Shown here: positions 29,919 through 32,000 of the stretch, piece by piece
How the letters are laid out: each line of letters opens with the position of its first letter
Position numbering within the stretch: the first letter of the stretch is position 1
DNA from: Candidatus Iainarchaeum sp.
GTDB taxonomy: Archaea; Iainarchaeota; Iainarchaeia; Iainarchaeales; 0-14-0-20-30-16
DNA length: 32,000 bases
Assembly (NCBI GenBank): GCA_028710695.1
Contig: JAQTTP010000004.1
Location: 1 to 32,000, forward strand
Direction of reading: 5' to 3'
Made by a program: the position numbers and the translations under genes
Notes under the pieces: model-generated
What the model saw: only the letters and a program-made list of their open reading frames with translations
Told to the model about the DNA's origin: nothing
The model's database searches: none

Positions 29919-32000
29919 ATGAAGAAATTGAATGTAAAGAAATTAGTGGCTATTGGTACAGGTGTAGCTTTATTGGCTGCTGCTGTTGCTGGTGCTGCAG
30001 TAACTAAGAACGATGTTTTAGACACAACAGGCCACGCAGTTCTAGTAAATGGAATTGTAGTTGGTGAAACAGCTCACGTTAGCGATGTTTTAGCTGCAAA
30101 CAAATTGTCAACTGAGGTTGCAAAGTTAGCAGTATACACAACTGGCGGAGAAGTAGTACCTGGGGCAGAAACTTGTGTTGATGCAACAGGAACCGTAGAT
30201 GACGGCCTAACAGTTAAGAAGAAATTCGTTGGAACTGCTTTAGGAGAAACAAAAGGATCAGATAACTTTGCTGCTGCAGATGTTATTGCAAAAGGTGCAA
30301 ATGTTGGAACTGACCTTTTGGCAGATGAAAGTTCAGCAAGCTATAAAGTTGGTGGAACAACATATACATCTTCAATTAGAGAACAAGTAGCTCTTGGTGC
30401 TCAAGCATTATTTGATGACAGATATTATGTTGGAGACATGGGCTTAGCTTATGATGCAGAAGACTTTGTATACACAGTGACTTTTGGAGATTTGAACTTT
30501 GCTAAAGATACTGCAACAGGCGGATATACAAGCCCATCATGGACAGATGGAACTAATGATAAGGTAGTTATTCCTTTTTTAGGATCAACTTATATGGTGT
30601 ATAGTATTAACGATAGTTCAGACCAGATAGTATTAGTAAACGAAAGTTCAGTAAAATCCTATGCTCCTGGTGCAAAGTTAGAAAACTTAGTTGGTAAAGA
30701 TGGTAAAGCATATTATGCCACAATAGATGGTGTAGTATATAGTTCTACAGACCCAACTACAGTAAAGATGACTTTGTATAACGCAGAAACTGGCGTTGCA
30801 GAGACAGAGAGTACAAAAGTAGCTGAAGGAGAAACTTTTGCAGAAGATTTATTAGATACTGGTGTAGATGTTCACCAAGTTGATAACATAGGTACTTCTG
30901 ATGTTCCTGCCTACGATATACAAATATTGTTGGGTGAAGACAAATTAACAATAAAGAACAACGAAGGATTCCCATATGATTCAACAAAAACAAAAACAAA
31001 TACACAGTATGACTGGAAATCAACAATAAGTTTAACTGGTGGTAAATTAACAAATATAGTAATAAAGAACACTGCCAAAAATGATAAAACTTACACAGAA
31101 AAAAGTATGTTAAACGCTGGAGAAACAGCATGGTTATACGGTGACTTTATTGGTGTAAGATTTAGCGGACTAGAATTGCCAGATTATAGTTCATATGTAT
31201 CTACAACTAAAGAAACAACAACAATAGAATTTACTGATGCATTAGAAAACTCAGATAATATGCCTGGTATAAAATACTATGGTACTGATGATGCATTACA
31301 CGAGCTTCCATTCTATTATCAGTTAACTTTGAGTGCTGCAGATGATACTAACCTAGCTGCAACATTTACTATGGATGGCCAAGACAAGATTCTAAAAATA
31401 GTTGCAGAAGCAGATGGTAACTATAGTGTGTACACTGGTACTGGTAGCGATGTTGATGGAGAATATACAATAAAAATAACTGGTGCAACAGACTGGAAAT
31501 ATACTGCAGATGGAGATATTGATATCAATAGTCCATTAGCATTTACAAATAGTGGAGATATAAGCCAATATTATATCTTTGGTTATGACGCTACAAATAG
31601 TGTTGGATGGTTATTCCTGGGGGCAGATGTTCCTTATAACTTGAAGAGTTCAGCAGCATCTTATGGATCATTTGAGTTAGAAGGGTCTGATCAAGCAGTA
31701 GCATCTTCAACAGTAGCTGATGACTTTAACTTCTATTTACCTCACTTAGAAGGAGAAATAGATTCTTTGACATCAATAGCTGCATACACAGATAACCAAA
31801 TTTCAGCTGCTTACTTTAAAGTAGATCAAGATGCAGCAACAGCTAACTCTGGTGAATTTGCGGTGTATATAAACACAGAAACTGGAAAAGCACCATTAGT
31901 TGGTGAAGGTGGATCAACTAATGATATACCAACTGGATCACAAATCAACTATAGTAGTTCAACAACCTTGATAAAGGCCGGTAAAGATACTGGAATAAGC
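29919..32000 (+). CDS. Large secreted surface (S-layer-like) protein, 5' 694 codons; open at the window end
   Basis: Own translation from the ATG at 29919 (GAGGTG lies 9 nt upstream): MKKLNVKKLVAIGTGVALLAAAVAGAAVTKNDVL..., with no stop through 32000. It has a signal peptide. Composition is Thr/Ser/Gly/Asp/Ala-rich, Cys-poor and beta-rich, and the codon usage looks like that of a highly expressed gene. It is absent from the ORF track because it has no stop. Confidence 0.75.
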   Translation, partial: MKKLNVKKLVAIGTGVALLAAAVAGAAVTKNDVLDTTGHAVLVNGIVVGETAHVSDVLAANKLSTEVAKLAVYTTGGEVVPGAETCVDATGTVDDGLTVKKKFVGTALGETKGSDNFAAADVIAKGANVGTDLLADESSASYKVGGTTYTSSIREQVALGAQALFDDRYYVGDMGLAYDAEDFVYTVTFGDLNFAKDTATGGYTSPSWTDGTNDKVVIPFLGSTYMVYSINDSSDQIVLVNESSVKSYAPGAKLENLVGKDGKAYYATIDGVVYSSTDPTTVKMTLYNAETGVAETESTKVAEGETFAEDLLDTGVDVHQVDNIGTSDVPAYDIQILLGEDKLTIKNNEGFPYDSTKTKTNTQYDWKSTISLTGGKLTNIVIKNTAKNDKTYTEKSMLNAGETAWLYGDFIGVRFSGLELPDYSSYVSTTKETTTIEFTDALENSDNMPGIKYYGTDDALHELPFYYQLTLSAADDTNLAATFTMDGQDKILKIVAEADGNYSVYTGTGSDVDGEYTIKITGATDWKYTADGDIDINSPLAFTNSGDISQYYIFGYDATNSVGWLFLGADVPYNLKSSAASYGSFELEGSDQAVASSTVADDFNFYLPHLEGEIDSLTSIAAYTDNQISAAYFKVDQDAATANSGEFAVYINTETGKAPLVGEGGSTNDIPTGSQINYSSSTTLIKAGKDTGIS

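Noticed and set aside
30757-31131. 124-aa minus-strand ORF from the track
   Set aside because: It lies entirely antisense inside the long, well-supported S-layer-like reading frame. The Leu/Gln/Tyr-rich low-complexity product is typical of a shadow ORF.
1-32000. Search for CRISPR arrays, rRNA genes, reverse transcriptase/DGR components and transposase/IS elements
   Set aside because: No regularly spaced direct repeats, no rRNA-like conserved blocks, no YxDD or DDE motifs and no terminal inverted repeats flanking a transposase were seen. The only dispersed repeats are the ~60-75-nt RNA-gene-associated element and the 12-bp att pair.

Overview
AT-rich archaeal chromosomal segment. Archaeal markers are an archaeal/eukaryal-type ProRS, PheRS alpha, aIF5A with the hypusine-site motif, GGGP synthase (ether lipids), a tRNA-Tyr with the C1-G72 pair and a bulge-helix-bulge intron, and TTTATAAA-type TATA boxes. 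Dense packing, short overlapping genes and many orphan membrane proteins suggest a small-genome DPANN-like archaeon (inference). Positions 1-21 kb hold housekeeping genes: proS, a YbaK-type deacylase, GGGPS, pheS, aIF5A, cardiolipin-synthase-like PLD, a DEDDh exonuclease, MDH/LDH and a PanE-like reductase. Interspersed are (i) a translationally coupled HerA-like ATPase and Hjc-like nuclease, preceded by a 54-aa Asp/Ser-only micro-ORF missing from the ORF track, and (ii) three dispersed paralogues of a methyltransferase with a shared N-terminal extension. Positions 18.7-22.3 kb form a stable-RNA island that the ORF track cannot show. It contains tRNA-Ile(GAU), a compact ~231-nt RNase P RNA, and tRNA-Tyr(GUA) with a 125-nt intron. 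The 3' 75 nt of that intron is a near-exact inverted copy (58/60 in the core) of the promoter-plus-leader of tRNA-Ile, and a third diverged copy abuts the RNase P RNA. Directly 3' of tRNA-Tyr lies a ~6.4-kb integrated element. It has a tyrosine integrase, an RHH/wHTH operon and a membrane/lipoprotein module, and it ends at a 12-bp repeat of the tRNA 3' end. No capsid or replicase gene is recognisable in it. The window ends in a large open-ended S-layer-like gene. No CRISPR array or rRNA was seen.
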